DNA of 64,000 nucleotides from Phycisphaerales bacterium (GCA_044371005.1 JBILUL010000007.1:494-64493), one strand, 5' to 3'. Shown: positions 38,801 through 48,027, numbered from the stretch's first letter. The notes: generated by a model from the sequence alone, not told the origin. Program-made: numbers and translations.

Positions 38801-39967
38801 GAAGAAGACCGGGAACGTCTGATCACCGACCTCCGCGGGAATGACCTTCTCGATGAACTTCTGCAGGCGGGGAATGATCTTCTGCTCGAACGCGTTGGGC
38901 AGCAGCACGGCTTCATCGATCGCGTCAGCACGCTCGATTCCATCACGCTTGGTCTGGGTCGCCAGGAATGCATCGCGGCGTTCCTTCATGTTCCGCAGCA
39001 GGCCGCGAAGATTGTCCACCAGTTTCGGTGTCGACGCCCGGCCGGCACGCGCTTTGTCCGCCTTGCCCGCCTTCATCGGGTCCGACCAGCCCACCACCTG
39101 GTGCGACCAGTTGTCCACATCGCCTGGCTCGGCAAAGACATCGTCAAAGCCCGGGATGCGATCACACTTGGTCAGAATGATGTAGACCGGGAACCGCACC
39201 TTGAGAATGTTGCGGATCATGTCAATGCCGCGGCGGACCGGCGCGATGACATCGTCATCAAACTGCTTTGCCGTCTGCGTGCGGATCGTCTCACCATCCA
39301 GGCACAGCATCAGCCCGTTGATCGGGTAGGCCGGTCGCACTTCCTTGAGCGTCTTGAGGAATGCTTCCCACGCCTTCGTGTCCTGAGTCAGAATGCCGCC
39401 CGCTGTGTCGAGCATCACCGCGTTGCGACCGAACCACCAGTCCATCATGTGCGTGCCGCCCACGCCAGGAACATTGAGCTTGTCGCCGCTGAGGAACTCC
39501 TGGCTGTCGGCATCGAAGAACTCAAGCTGGCTCTTCTCGAGCATGGTCGTCTTGCCGCTGCCCGTGGGGCCCGCCAGAAGGAACCAGGGCTGGGAGTAGA
39601 GCGTGACCTTCTGCCCGCCGCTCGAATCGCGGCGGATCTTGTCGCGGTAGTAGGTCAGCCCCTTGATCAGCTTCTCCTGAAGCGTCTGAAGCCGCTCGTG
39701 GTCTTCATCCGTCAGCGGCTTATCCGATGACCGGCTCATCTCGGCTTTCACCCGGTCGAAGATCGCATCATCCTTGGGAGCCACCAGCGTTCCCACCAGC
39801 ATCCAGACGGCCAGCGCGGCACAGCCGCAGAAGCCGATGATGCCCGCGATCTTGTAGACGCCCGGCAACTGCAGCCCCACGCCGCCTGCCGCGAGCGCCA
39901 TGAGCAGCAGCGACGTGATCTTTGCCACCACCGGAATCCGACCCCACAGTTGCTTGAGACCCATCAT
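35849..39967 (-). CDS. tssM: T6SS membrane-complex protein TssM (IcmF family)
   Basis: ATG at 39967 is preceded by AGGAAGAG. N-terminal TM helices are present. Walker A: QPWFLLAGPTGSGKTTMLEKS. There is a third TM helix near aa 480. The length (~1370 aa) and position next to tssL fit. Confidence 0.9.
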   Translation of the reverse strand: MMGLKQLWGRIPVVAKITSLLLMALAAGGVGLQLPGVYKIAGIIGFCGCAALAVWMLVGTLVAPKDDAIFDRVKAEMSRSSDKPLTDEDHERLQTLQEKLIKGLTYYRDKIRRDSSGGQKVTLYSQPWFLLAGPTGSGKTTMLEKSQLEFFDADSQEFLSGDKLNVPGVGGTHMMDWWFGRNAVMLDTAGGILTQDTKAWEAFLKTLKEVRPAYPINGLMLCLDGETIRTQTAKQFDDDVIAPVRRGIDMIRNILKVRFPVYIILTKCDRIPGFDDVFAEPGDVDNWSHQVVGWSDPMKAGKADKARAGRASTPKLVDNLRGLLRNMKERRDAFLATQTKRDGIERADAIDEAVLLPNAFEQKIIPRLQKFIEKVIPAEVGDQTFPVFFRGVYFTSSLSQGIAIDDDLLASFGNNRDELMSRLEQMGAGAVKRDTGLFIHDLIANKVTKEAGLVATTGNIAQEDWRRSMIAIVSTAVAAVLGLLITSYGVWSLHRQIGGHSDSLNTLATALSTDNREDFLDKDKSAIIDKNSSVLPSEAMKLIAILRASQADFSSPIYPVERNLAEEAREDAAKLAVEVMLLKPLAQATYKKLESSLPSEENSEGHPWDQAAVDAASELFKLAALIAPPGPKAKPAAIKPEQFPSIETLLLYASRSSKNASLGPKELKKLIADQVGGSDDAALLFGCLSVFNNEAGAPTDKNGELALRTQTKLAEVDALKSDRLKELCELYAQSLPVENRQKLKDITDRSNRVELVYRAVSLSNQIAKDKEMLETTAKALEAKTNQEVTNATPGFTSTWNQLDGRLKELEKTLACTFKPTHVTGAENDTDLASFSALCDIAAADLEECVSRVTQLSALQDSLAGTLRTLQDFKKNLADARTKYSTMSAGLIKRDGSKWKTDFKNRTEYSDVLARLSKSEEKATIEPQSEFAGAINEKVLKPRNEWLDAREQIREVQTALGNVRRTEWVDGVDSTLWGDLRNWTELEGKRNAASLKQLDQTLKAVGTTLKFEKESIETQRRSAADSIARSRKDLVNAITLVPARLIERIKVADWNTTRFLLGNATKVSMMFVTLSNELTACGELGPFAGFEEWNANAMATLADKATDSEAAKILYELVSQNLLTCRDRPTRGLWAQELFDRTVSLLKTESRNLAAAKVAASFDLVKKAPACVGVGVPVISADQKIADQQIDDAILATEYLIEAAKVAAKAGSASGECPDLMECRLPSWSSDSANKARQALELLLNNYLSLKQRSNWTFKVESFNRYQFNTYAIDEALTTPEIGKPVPLTAVTRLSFYRTVNDGGKMVGLICDGEIAVWACLVQKWLDSATNSVTVSTVGPEGDGKGKTTLTFTLEVAKGRSFIKVNASDLVAP

Positions 39968-40066
39968 GTATAGCTCTTCCTGATTCTGGATCAATGCTTC
40001 AGATACTCAATGCACATCGGTGCAACGCGAAAACGCCAAGGTGCGCGCACCAGGCCGCTCAACGGA

Positions 40067-40879
40067 TCATTTCGCCGAACCAGTCCCCTGGTCTGAATCC
40101 GGTTTTGGCTCCGACTTCTTGGTGACAGGTTCCGCCGATTGCTTGTCGTTTCCCAGTCGAACCCTATAGACGTCCTGGATCGCCTTGGTAGTTTGCTTTA
40201 CCGTCAGGGTGGCGAAGTAGAAAGCACCAAAGTACGCGATGATCACGAACCCGATGATTGCCACCAGGGTGACACCCGACTGCTTGATGCGGACGCTCGG
40301 CGGCGGTTCCACCGCCTTCTCTTCGATGAAGGGCTTTCCGGTGATCAGCGCCGGGAGCGACCGCGCCGAGTCATCGATGCCCAGTGAATCACGCAGACGC
40401 CCCATGTAGTCATTGAGCGTCTGCGGTTCGCGATTCCGGTCGCCATTGAACCCAAGTTCAAGCGCCCGCAGCATCACTTCGCGGCGGCCCCGCGTCTGAT
40501 CCGCGGGATTGTCGAGGAGGTACTCAAGGTGCTTGAAGAACAGGTCGGCCCAGCCCTGGTCGTGATAGGGCGCGCCAGCCGAGATCTGCTTCCACGCCTG
40601 ACGCAGCTGTCCATCGAACCGCCACGCGGTGTCATCGATCAGATGGCAGAGTGTCCGATGCACGCCGATGGTCGACAGCTCAATGTCGTTGTTGCCAGGC
40701 TCGGCGACATTGAACTCATCGCCAAGGCCCATTGCTTCCGCGTTGGCCTTGGCCTGTTCCAGTGCCGCCATCGCATCCCGCTGAAGCCGAGACACATCAA
40801 ACTTGGCACGCATGTGCCGCATGCGGTTCATTTGACACACGAATACGAACACCGGCTCGCACGCTTCCAGCATTGACAT
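40067..40879 (-). CDS. tssL: T6SS membrane-complex protein TssL (DotU family)
   Basis: ATG at 40879 (MSMLEACEPVFVFV). DotU-like order: LCHLIDDTAWRF..W....ADLFFKHLEYLLDNP...REVMLRALELGFNG. C-terminal TM helix: VTLVAIIGFVIIAYFGAFYFA. Confidence 0.85.
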   Translation of the reverse strand: MSMLEACEPVFVFVCQMNRMRHMRAKFDVSRLQRDAMAALEQAKANAEAMGLGDEFNVAEPGNNDIELSTIGVHRTLCHLIDDTAWRFDGQLRQAWKQISAGAPYHDQGWADLFFKHLEYLLDNPADQTRGRREVMLRALELGFNGDRNREPQTLNDYMGRLRDSLGIDDSARSLPALITGKPFIEEKAVEPPPSVRIKQSGVTLVAIIGFVIIAYFGAFYFATLTVKQTTKAIQDVYRVRLGNDKQSAEPVTKKSEPKPDSDQGTGSAK

Positions 40880-41349
40880 GGTGAGTGTTCCAGAATCCGA
40901 CACGACACCACCGCGCAAAGCGCAGGTGACGCCAAAGTGAAGATGGGTGGCTCAGGGGTTAGCGTGTTCTCGCCGCGTGACCCGCAGAGACTTGCAGGAG
41001 ATTTCGTGTTTCAACGAGATTTCGGTCGGCTGTTCGCATCCCAAGCATCGCACGCGCGAGTCGTCACAGACTCTTCCCCGCCGCGTTGCCCCAAGAAACG
41101 CCAACGAGGATAGCACGCGGCGACCCGCGCCGACCAGCACACAAGCGATTCTCACGATCAGCTGAACATGCGTTCGCTCACAAGCGCAGCGCGTGTCGAC
41201 CGCCGATCCGAACATTTTCCGAAGAAGCACACCGGCGCGGCGCGGACACCGGTGGCCTCACTCGCGTCTCATTCGATTGCGGATGCTGCCGGAGCCTCGG
41301 TTTGTTCGCCGCGTGGACGCAGCCGCTGTGGCTTGGGGGGCAACTGGGC

Positions 41350-41649
41350 TCATCCGCCGACGATGACGGTGGGGCACCCACCGACGATCACCCCGCCGTG
41401 CACGGTGTTGTCACCCATGCGTGCCGCGGGCTTGTAGCCGATCATGACGGTTGCCGAACCACGAATAATGACATCCGGAGGGCCGACGCAGATGCACTGG
41501 TCGGTCACCACCGCCGCGGGAAGAAAGCCGATCAGGACCGTGGGCACACACGGACCGACAATCGGGCCACCCACGTGCGGAATAGGCGGCACGCCAGGCG
41601 TCACCATCGGGCACACATGCATGTCGGTCAGACGAGCAGCTGGGGGCAT
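41350..41649 (-). CDS. Stand-alone PAAR-domain spike-tip protein (99 aa)
   Basis: ATG at 41649. MPPAARLTDMHVCPMVTPGVPPIPHVGGPIVGP..PAAVVTDQCICVG..PAARMGDNTVHGGVIVGGCPTVIVGG contains three PAAR-like motifs. Confidence 0.9.
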   Translation of the reverse strand: MPPAARLTDMHVCPMVTPGVPPIPHVGGPIVGPCVPTVLIGFLPAAVVTDQCICVGPPDVIIRGSATVMIGYKPAARMGDNTVHGGVIVGGCPTVIVGG

Positions 41650-41781
41650 GGCAGAGTTCCGATCAGGAAAGCGAGGGGAGAGTGACACTCGCCTCCACCG
41701 GCAGAGCATATGACACTTCTGATGGGTTCGTGGCACGGCATGCGGGGGAGAGCGAGGGGCAAGGGCAAGGTGCGGGAGATC

Positions 41782-42141
41782 CTACTTATCTTCCGGCGGG
41801 CGCTGACCTTGTGAGTGGTCATGATCGGGCGGGCAAGCCGGAAGGGTGATCGCGCTGAGCTGGCCGATCCGTTCTGTTCGGGAAAGATCGGGGTTTGTAA
41901 CGATGGTGCGGATCGACTCGATCGTGGTTGCATCAGGATTCGCCGCGGCGATTCGGGCAAACTGTGGCAACAGGGCGATTGCTTCACGTTCATCCGTTAC
42001 GCCGACCGCGCTGAGCAACTGCAGACACAGGCCGATCGTCTGATCAGAAGCGCCCGGCAGCGCTTCGCGCCAGGTTTCCATGGCGACCGACCGCGAAAGT
42101 TCCTCCAACAGGCGAAGTTGTGCGTTGCGAACCGTCAGCAT
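41782..42141 (-). CDS. Small helical hypothetical protein (119 aa), possible paralog of 45136..45495
   Basis: MLTVRNAQLRLLEELSRS.. compares with MFKLRQQQLELMRAHSRQ... Both are 119 aa and both sit directly upstream of a T6SS cargo or tip gene. Confidence 0.5.
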   Translation of the reverse strand: MLTVRNAQLRLLEELSRSVAMETWREALPGASDQTIGLCLQLLSAVGVTDEREAIALLPQFARIAAANPDATTIESIRTIVTNPDLSRTERIGQLSAITLPACPPDHDHSQGQRPPEDK

Positions 42142-42400
42142 GCTGATTCCTCCTTGCCGTCACCCCGGATCGTCTGGCCCCCGGAACCCATACCCGAACA
42201 ATCAGTACGAATCAGCGTGTTCGGGCAGCAGACGATCTCTCAGGGAGTTTCGCACCAGAGCGATCGCTGGATCCTCCGGTGCGAGTTGATTGGCGATGAT
42301 GCATCTACTGGGACCTGCAGGAATTGCTGAAGGCATCGCATCGACGGGTTCCAAGCCGTTCGGTGCCGCGGGGCGCAATCGAACTGGAAGGTTGGACGGG

Positions 42401-43267
42401 TTATCGCACATGCAGCAGGGATCCGGTAGCATCCTGGCAATAAACTGCCTTCATGTACCACGCCAGTGGCGCATCCTTGAACTCGAAACGGAGGATGCTG
42501 TCTCCGCTGGAATCCTCGAGGCGAGCCAGCTTGCCGTTGCCGTTCAGATGCACCTTCGCACGGTCAACGTCGAGGGCCGCGAGCTTGAGCTCGGAGTTCT
42601 TCAGCATCGAGAAGTAATCGGTCAGTTCGTATCCTGTCTCGACGCTGTCTTCGTAATAGGCTTGGGAGAGTTCGCGGGCCTTGAGTGAGACGATGTCGCG
42701 CACGGTCAGAACATCAAAGCGGCTCAGCGCCGCGTGCAGCCGCGAGTACGCTTCGATCAACCGTTGACGCGTGGCGGGATCGTTGGCGAAGGCGGGTGCC
42801 GTCCACCAGGCCCAGTCGGGAAAGCCATGGACGCACTCCGCGGCCCGGGTGGCGGTGTATCCGACAGTCGTGGGAGTCCGGGGTGTGGTGACGACTTCCA
42901 GGCCCGGGTAGGCCCGGGATGGTTCGAAACCTCGATTGCTCCGTGCCAGCGATCCGTCGAAAGCCAGGCCCGTGACCGGAATGTCCAACTCACGCGGCGT
43001 GCCATGTTCGCGAACAGCCAACACCACCTGAATCTGCGCGAGTTCGTCGATGGGGTCGCGGCCAGTGCCGGGCGAGGCCGCGTGCAAGGTCAGCGTGTTG
43101 GGGCCGGCGACCACCCACTGGTTGACGGGGATCGCAACCTTCAGTTCGCCATCGTCGGTTTCGGAGTGAATCTCCACGCCGTTGAGGGTTATCTTGAAGG
43201 CGCAGCCAGCGGACTGCACATTGGCCGTGAAGGTCGGGCGTTGAAGTTGGTCAGGGCGGGTGAACAT
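42401..43267 (-). CDS. Hypothetical soluble protein; candidate immunity protein for 43292..45139
   Basis: The ATG at 43267 lies 24 nt after the upstream stop. 288 aa with no signal peptide or TM segment. Its motifs resemble the 13791..14513 product. Confidence 0.6.
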   Translation of the reverse strand: MFTRPDQLQRPTFTANVQSAGCAFKITLNGVEIHSETDDGELKVAIPVNQWVVAGPNTLTLHAASPGTGRDPIDELAQIQVVLAVREHGTPRELDIPVTGLAFDGSLARSNRGFEPSRAYPGLEVVTTPRTPTTVGYTATRAAECVHGFPDWAWWTAPAFANDPATRQRLIEAYSRLHAALSRFDVLTVRDIVSLKARELSQAYYEDSVETGYELTDYFSMLKNSELKLAALDVDRAKVHLNGNGKLARLEDSSGDSILRFEFKDAPLAWYMKAVYCQDATGSLLHVR

Positions 43268-43291
43268 GGGAGCTTTGGTCCGGTGCTGAAA

Positions 43292-45139
43292 TCAGTCGCT
43301 GCTCTTGAAAAGGTAAAGCTTCCCCGGATCAGGACCCGAACCGGGCTCCTTCGGGTCTTCCGGGGCGGGGTAGGGTTTGAAGATCCAGATCGGGTCATTC
43401 GTCGGTTCAACCGACAACTCCGGCTCCGCCAACCTGGTCTTCGTAGACTCGGTATCGCCAGGCTCACCCGCGCTGCCATCCGCTTTGCTGGTTGCCTTCA
43501 ACTCCGCGCCAGCGGATCGATACGACGCGTAGTAAATCTGAAGCCCGTTGAACTGGAACTTTCCCGTGAGAAACGTCCCGTCGTCATCCGCCCCGATGGT
43601 GCCCGTCAAGACAATTCCGGACTTTGCCCCAAGTTTGTAGCCTTTCTTGAACTTGACGCACAAGACGGAGGCACTGGCTTCCGCCTTCCCCTCCAGGGAA
43701 ATCGCGACCTCGCCGCGTGCCTCTCCGGAACATTCAGCCGGCTCCTGACCAGTCCAGGAACACTTGGCGAGCAAGCTGCACTCGCCGCTTGCCGAAAGCT
43801 CCATCGCAATGTCTCCCGAAACCTGGGTGCTCTTTCCGGCCTTCACTCCCTCTTTGCATGCCTGCTTCGCCGCGAGCAGTACTTTGGAGATCATGTAGGC
43901 AGCCGGGCCGGCCTTCCCGAGTGCTCCAATGAGGGTCTCAAGAATGTCACACTTGCCCGTCATCTTGAGCAGTGGTTCAGCCCCAAACGACAGCTCCTTG
44001 GTCGCATGCACCCAGGGCTCAGTCGCGTGTTCGGTGAAAGATGCCTTGTAGCCCACCTTGAACTTCAGCGCATCAATCGTGATGCTCTTGGTGGCGTGTT
44101 GCTTGAGATCGGGGATCACCGCATCATAGAGGTCGCGGCTGTATTCCACGAACTTCAGGACATCCTTGAGCTTGTTCTCGATCTGTGATTTGAACTCGTA
44201 TGGTGTGCCGTCATAGGTGAGCTTGGCACTGCCCGAAACGGCCCATCGCGAAGTGGACAGACTCTGCTCTTGCTTGCTGTATCCGATTCCCGAAGATTCC
44301 CGTTCGAACCGACCCTCCGTGATTTCACCGTCCGCCGACACCGATCCTGGCTTGTAGACATCCACGTCCCGCTCGCCCCACTCGGTCGCCTGAGCAATGG
44401 CCATGTACTGAAGCCCCAGGCTCCATTCCCACGCGACATCAGGGAACACTTCGACAGTCGCTGGTCCCCATGGTCCAGCGGTGCCCGGTTCAATCGAGCA
44501 GTAATGAGGAACCAGTTCATACGTGGCTCTGGGTGTCTTCTCTTCGTCGAGGAAGAGGTACTTGAAGGGATCGTGAAGAGGGTCCCAGGGCTCACAGTGG
44601 ACCTTGAGTTCAGGCGTGAGGCTGTCGAGGGTTCCCTGCTCTGCGTTCGGTCCTCCGCTCCATTGAATTTTCACCGGTCGGTGTTGGCCGCACTGCGACT
44701 TGGATTCCTTCAATTCGAGGCAAATGGTGTCGGGCTTCTTCTCGGGGCCCGCGATCACCTGAAGGACATTACTGCGCTTCCCATCAGTTCGTGGCTCCGC
44801 AGGGAGCGAGAGCTTGGCCTTTCGTGGTGCTGTTTCGGGGGTTCCCTTGCTGTGCCCGCACTTGACCGTCATCGATTTGAGCTGGCAGATGCACTGCGGA
44901 CAGTCCGCCACGGCGTCGCCCGCCTTGATCGTCGATGTCGGCTCGGATTTCTCCTTTGCCTTGCGCAGCGACCGATAGATCTCCTTCCATTCGTCGGCCA
45001 GATCTTCTTCACTGGAATCCATGGCGATCGGGACGCGGTTTCCATCCCGCACCCGCTCAGGATGCGCTGCGTAGAACTGGTCATCGGCCTGGCGGACCAG
45101 TTCAGGATCGAGCTTGCTCCTGTACGCCTTTTTCGTCAT
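43292..45139 (-). CDS. Uncharacterised 615-aa protein; candidate DUF4123-dependent T6SS effector, paralogous to the C-terminal domain of the PAAR protein 14517..16130
   Basis: ATG at 45139 overlaps the upstream stop (ATGA). Shared motifs: CICQLKSMTVKCGH / CSVSDLTVSCDH; SNVLQVIAGP / SGVLQVVGTG; SKSQCGQH / GEQCAGPH. The C-terminal part is Gly/Ala-rich and amphipathic. Confidence 0.7.
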   Translation of the reverse strand: MTKKAYRSKLDPELVRQADDQFYAAHPERVRDGNRVPIAMDSSEEDLADEWKEIYRSLRKAKEKSEPTSTIKAGDAVADCPQCICQLKSMTVKCGHSKGTPETAPRKAKLSLPAEPRTDGKRSNVLQVIAGPEKKPDTICLELKESKSQCGQHRPVKIQWSGGPNAEQGTLDSLTPELKVHCEPWDPLHDPFKYLFLDEEKTPRATYELVPHYCSIEPGTAGPWGPATVEVFPDVAWEWSLGLQYMAIAQATEWGERDVDVYKPGSVSADGEITEGRFERESSGIGYSKQEQSLSTSRWAVSGSAKLTYDGTPYEFKSQIENKLKDVLKFVEYSRDLYDAVIPDLKQHATKSITIDALKFKVGYKASFTEHATEPWVHATKELSFGAEPLLKMTGKCDILETLIGALGKAGPAAYMISKVLLAAKQACKEGVKAGKSTQVSGDIAMELSASGECSLLAKCSWTGQEPAECSGEARGEVAISLEGKAEASASVLCVKFKKGYKLGAKSGIVLTGTIGADDDGTFLTGKFQFNGLQIYYASYRSAGAELKATSKADGSAGEPGDTESTKTRLAEPELSVEPTNDPIWIFKPYPAPEDPKEPGSGPDPGKLYLFKSSD

Positions 45140-45495
45140 GCCCCGTGCGCTCCCCGGAACTCCAGTTCGGCTTCGGCATCGGTGACTCTGTCTCCCGGCA
45201 TCGCATTCTGCGCACTGATGACCGCCATCAGCCAGTCCGGCAGTTCCAACGGAACATGCAACGGACCAGCCTCCGCCGCGACCAGTGCCAGCCGTGTGAC
45301 CTCCGATGCACCCTCAATCCCAAGCGACTCCGAGAGTGTCACCAGATTCTCCACCCACGCTTGGAGACCTTCCATCCCGATCGCCGCGGCAGCCTCAGGG
45401 TCATTGGCCGCCACCTTTGCGGCAAGGTCATGGATGAACATCTGCCGCGAGTGGGCACGCATCAACTCAAGCTGTTGCTGTCGAAGCTTGAACAT
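45136..45495 (-). CDS. Small helical hypothetical protein (119 aa), translationally coupled to the 615-aa effector candidate
   Basis: ATGA overlap at 45136-45139 with the downstream gene. The N-terminal MFKLRQQQLELM resembles the 41782..42141 product. Confidence 0.55.
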   Translation of the reverse strand: MFKLRQQQLELMRAHSRQMFIHDLAAKVAANDPEAAAAIGMEGLQAWVENLVTLSESLGIEGASEVTRLALVAAEAGPLHVPLELPDWLMAVISAQNAMPGDRVTDAEAELEFRGAHGA

Positions 45496-45580
45496 CCGTT
45501 GCCTTTCACTCCACCGTCATGCCGCTGCCTTTCGGTCGGGCTTGCACAGCCCGCCCTGTCCGGACCGACTCCTTCGGGAA

Positions 45581-46129
45581 TCACTCACGTTCGCCAAGAT
45601 CGTGCTCGCGGCGCACCAGCGAGCCACTCTCATCAAGCCCGTTGACGACCAGCATCTGGGGATTCTGCCCTTCGAACAGGATCGTCATCAGTGGTCCGAA
45701 CATCGCCTTGAGTTCCTCCGAACTGCACGTGGGAAGAAAAACACGCATCACGCGCGGGTCGTAATAGCGGAAATAGAGCACCTGGTCATCCGGATCTCGC
45801 ACGAGAAAGAGCGAGCGCAGATGCTTGCGGACATCCCTCATGGAAACTTCATGCTCCGCGCGGATGAAGATGCCCCAGTGATGCCCCCATCCCTGCTCCA
45901 GGATCTGGGTCAGCATCGGACTCCCCGGCTCGAGCTTGACCAGATACGGCGCGGTCTCGAGCATGTCCGGTTCCAGCTCGCCGCTGTAAAGGCATTCGTG
46001 CTCGGGTTCAAAATCGTGGAGAAGATCAAGCAAAGGGTCCGCAGACGCCCCGTCCAGAACTGCGTACACGGCGCAGTGCTTGTTGGCGAACAACATTCGT
46101 TCGACGGTTTGTCTGGAATCACTTTCCAT
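45581..46129 (-). CDS. DUF4123-family T6SS effector adaptor/chaperone (Tap/Tec-like)
   Basis: AVYAVLDGASADPLLDLL..ECLYSGELEPDMLETAPYLVKLEP...WGHHWGIFIR...VRKHLRSLFLV..PDDQVLYFRYYDPRVMRVFL matches the DUF4123 motif order (YAllDGA..LY.g.....aPyLv.L..W g..f......lr......g....fRfyDPRvl). The start is ATG 46129 or, less likely, 46279 (ATGA overlap with the amidase stop). Confidence 0.8.
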   Translation of the reverse strand: MESDSRQTVERMLFANKHCAVYAVLDGASADPLLDLLHDFEPEHECLYSGELEPDMLETAPYLVKLEPGSPMLTQILEQGWGHHWGIFIRAEHEVSMRDVRKHLRSLFLVRDPDDQVLYFRYYDPRVMRVFLPTCSSEELKAMFGPLMTILFEGQNPQMLVVNGLDESGSLVRREHDLGERE

Positions 46130-46275
46130 GCTGATTGTGTTCGTGCGTGCCACGTCCCTCGCATCGTCCCGACTCCACCGCCGGCAAACTCTAGCCTCGG
46201 TCGTCGTGCATTCCAGCAGAGCACTCACACGTGTCCGGTCCCTCCCCGCGCCCCTGCTGAACATACACCCACGAA

Positions 46276-46656
46276 TCACCTGCTTCGCGCCCGATAGAAC
46301 TCATGAGCCGGTGTATTGGTTCGATAGCCCGGCCCGCCCCAGAAATCGCGCTGCACGAACTCCGAGACCCAGTTCTGGCCGTTGTAGATCGCGGCGTGTC
46401 CTGATGGGCTGCCGCCCGAGTACGGTTGAATCACAACCACATCACCGACCCGAGGTGAGTACCCCGACGCCGGCACCCGCTCAAACCCGTTCGCGGCAAG
46501 CGGAGTTCCAAGGTTCCGGGCATGCGGGGCTCGAACATCGATCCCTCCCGCTGCTAACGCTTCCCTGACTGCTCGGGCGCAGTGACCGGTTGCGGCCCCA
46601 GAGTTGACGGCATGAGTGCTGGCATGGTTCGCGGCTGCTTGAGCATCGTACGGCAT
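46276..46656 (-). CDS. Small papain-like (NlpC/P60-CHAP / Tse1-like) amidase; candidate peptidoglycan-targeting T6SS effector
   Basis: ATG at 46656 is preceded by GAAGGA. 126 aa with no signal peptide. Putative catalytic Cys in ATGHCARAVREALAAGGI and His in SPSGHAAIYNG, with the same order and spacing logic as Tse1 (C..SGFV..AAELGV ... GHVAVV). Confidence 0.65.
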   Translation of the reverse strand: MPYDAQAAANHASTHAVNSGAATGHCARAVREALAAGGIDVRAPHARNLGTPLAANGFERVPASGYSPRVGDVVVIQPYSGGSPSGHAAIYNGQNWVSEFVQRDFWGGPGYRTNTPAHEFYRARSR

Positions 46657-46941
46657 TGTTTCGGTCCTTCTGTAACAGTTGCGGCCGTCGTCGCCAGCCA
46701 CGCCAGAGACTTGGGCCCCTTCACCCACCATCAGCGAAACCGGAGTGGGTGACCCGCAGACTGTGCTGAAGATTTTCAAACGAGGCCAGTTCCTGGCCGC
46801 CGCGGCGTGCGAACTGGGCCGATTGCATTTTGTGTGGATCCGGTAACTCCACGGGAGATACACTAGCCGCTCGCTCGGGAGGACGTACCCGGGCGATCTC
46901 TCTCGATCGAGGTTGGGTGTACTACATTGACCAGCACGCTC

Positions 46942-48027
46942 ATGGCTCAGGTTGTTGCGGTCTGCAACGAGATTCGTCTCGCGCAGGCTGAACTTGTCGA
47001 CGCACCGCCTCAGCGGCGTGCGGGCATCATCGCCGATGTCATCGACAGCCACCTTGCTCGTCAAGGAAACTTCGAGGAACGTCAGCGGTTTCTCGAACTG
47101 GTCGAAGAGCGGTTCCCGATCGTCGTTGAGTCCGTTCAGGTTGCAACTCCCAGTCCCGCCCCGGCCCCGGATGCCGCCACGCTTCGCGCCACTGCTGAAC
47201 GGCTTGAGGCCGAGCTTTCAGACCCCTTCAAACTCGCGACCCGCCTTGCGGATCTTTGGGCGAAGCAGTCGACTGATCACCGCAGACAGATCATCGAAAT
47301 GCTGCAGCGCCGGGCACCCGTCCCGGTACCAGCCTCTGGAGCGACCACCGGTCCCACGCCTCCCACCGTCCCGGCCGCCAGTGATTCCGCCAGCTCTATC
47401 CCACCCGCCGCCGTGTCACCCGGTACGGTGGACCCATCCCTGTTGACTGAGTTCGCGGCCGCCGCGTTCGGACCCGCTGCCAAGACGCCACCCAAGGTCG
47501 ACTATCCCCGCCTGATCGCGTTGGCCACGCAGTTGATCAAGCAGATCCAGGCTTGGGATCTCGATGCGCTCGCCTCACTGGCCACCCTGAACATCGAATC
47601 CAGTTCGCTTCGCTACACCCCATTCGATGAATTTCAGCGTGCGACGCGGCAGTTCTTCGAGCAACCCGCAGTAACTACGTACGAGCAGATCTCCGAGAAC
47701 CGCCGTCGCATCATCGGTCGCTCGTACCTGCAGCCCAAGACCACGCAGCTCAAGCTGCAGTTGAGTTGCGCAGCCCAGATGGTCGGCCTGACCGAAGCCC
47801 ATCTTCGCGAACGGTTCGCGCCCAGGTCCATCCTCGAAAAGGCCGCCGAGGAGAAAACCAAGCACGACAAGAGCGTCGGGCTTCTCGGAAAGGCCATGAG
47901 CGTCGAGACGGCATTTTCCAAGGTGCTTGAACAGCGGCTTTCCGGAACACGGGACTTTCCGGATCTGAAGACACAGATGCAGGATTTTGCGGGTGAGGGC
48001 ATTCGCACGGCGATGGGAAAGACTTGA
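46942..48027 (+). CDS. Hypothetical protein immediately upstream of tssK (T6SS-associated by position)
   Basis: ORF 46927..48027 with ATG at 46942 (MAQVVAVCNEIRLAQ). A central Pro/Ala/Ser-rich linker is present. I recognised no family motif. It ends 66 nt before the tssK ATG. Confidence 0.55.
   Translation: MAQVVAVCNEIRLAQAELVDAPPQRRAGIIADVIDSHLARQGNFEERQRFLELVEERFPIVVESVQVATPSPAPAPDAATLRATAERLEAELSDPFKLATRLADLWAKQSTDHRRQIIEMLQRRAPVPVPASGATTGPTPPTVPAASDSASSIPPAAVSPGTVDPSLLTEFAAAAFGPAAKTPPKVDYPRLIALATQLIKQIQAWDLDALASLATLNIESSSLRYTPFDEFQRATRQFFEQPAVTTYEQISENRRRIIGRSYLQPKTTQLKLQLSCAAQMVGLTEAHLRERFAPRSILEKAAEEKTKHDKSVGLLGKAMSVETAFSKVLEQRLSGTRDFPDLKTQMQDFAGEGIRTAMGKT

Noticed and set aside
40919-41349. 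Short ORFs (72-92 aa) in the 430-nt gap between PAAR and tssL
   Set aside because: They have no motifs and biased composition. The region is more likely an internal promoter or untranslated spacer for tssL-tssM, but I could not identify promoter elements with confidence.
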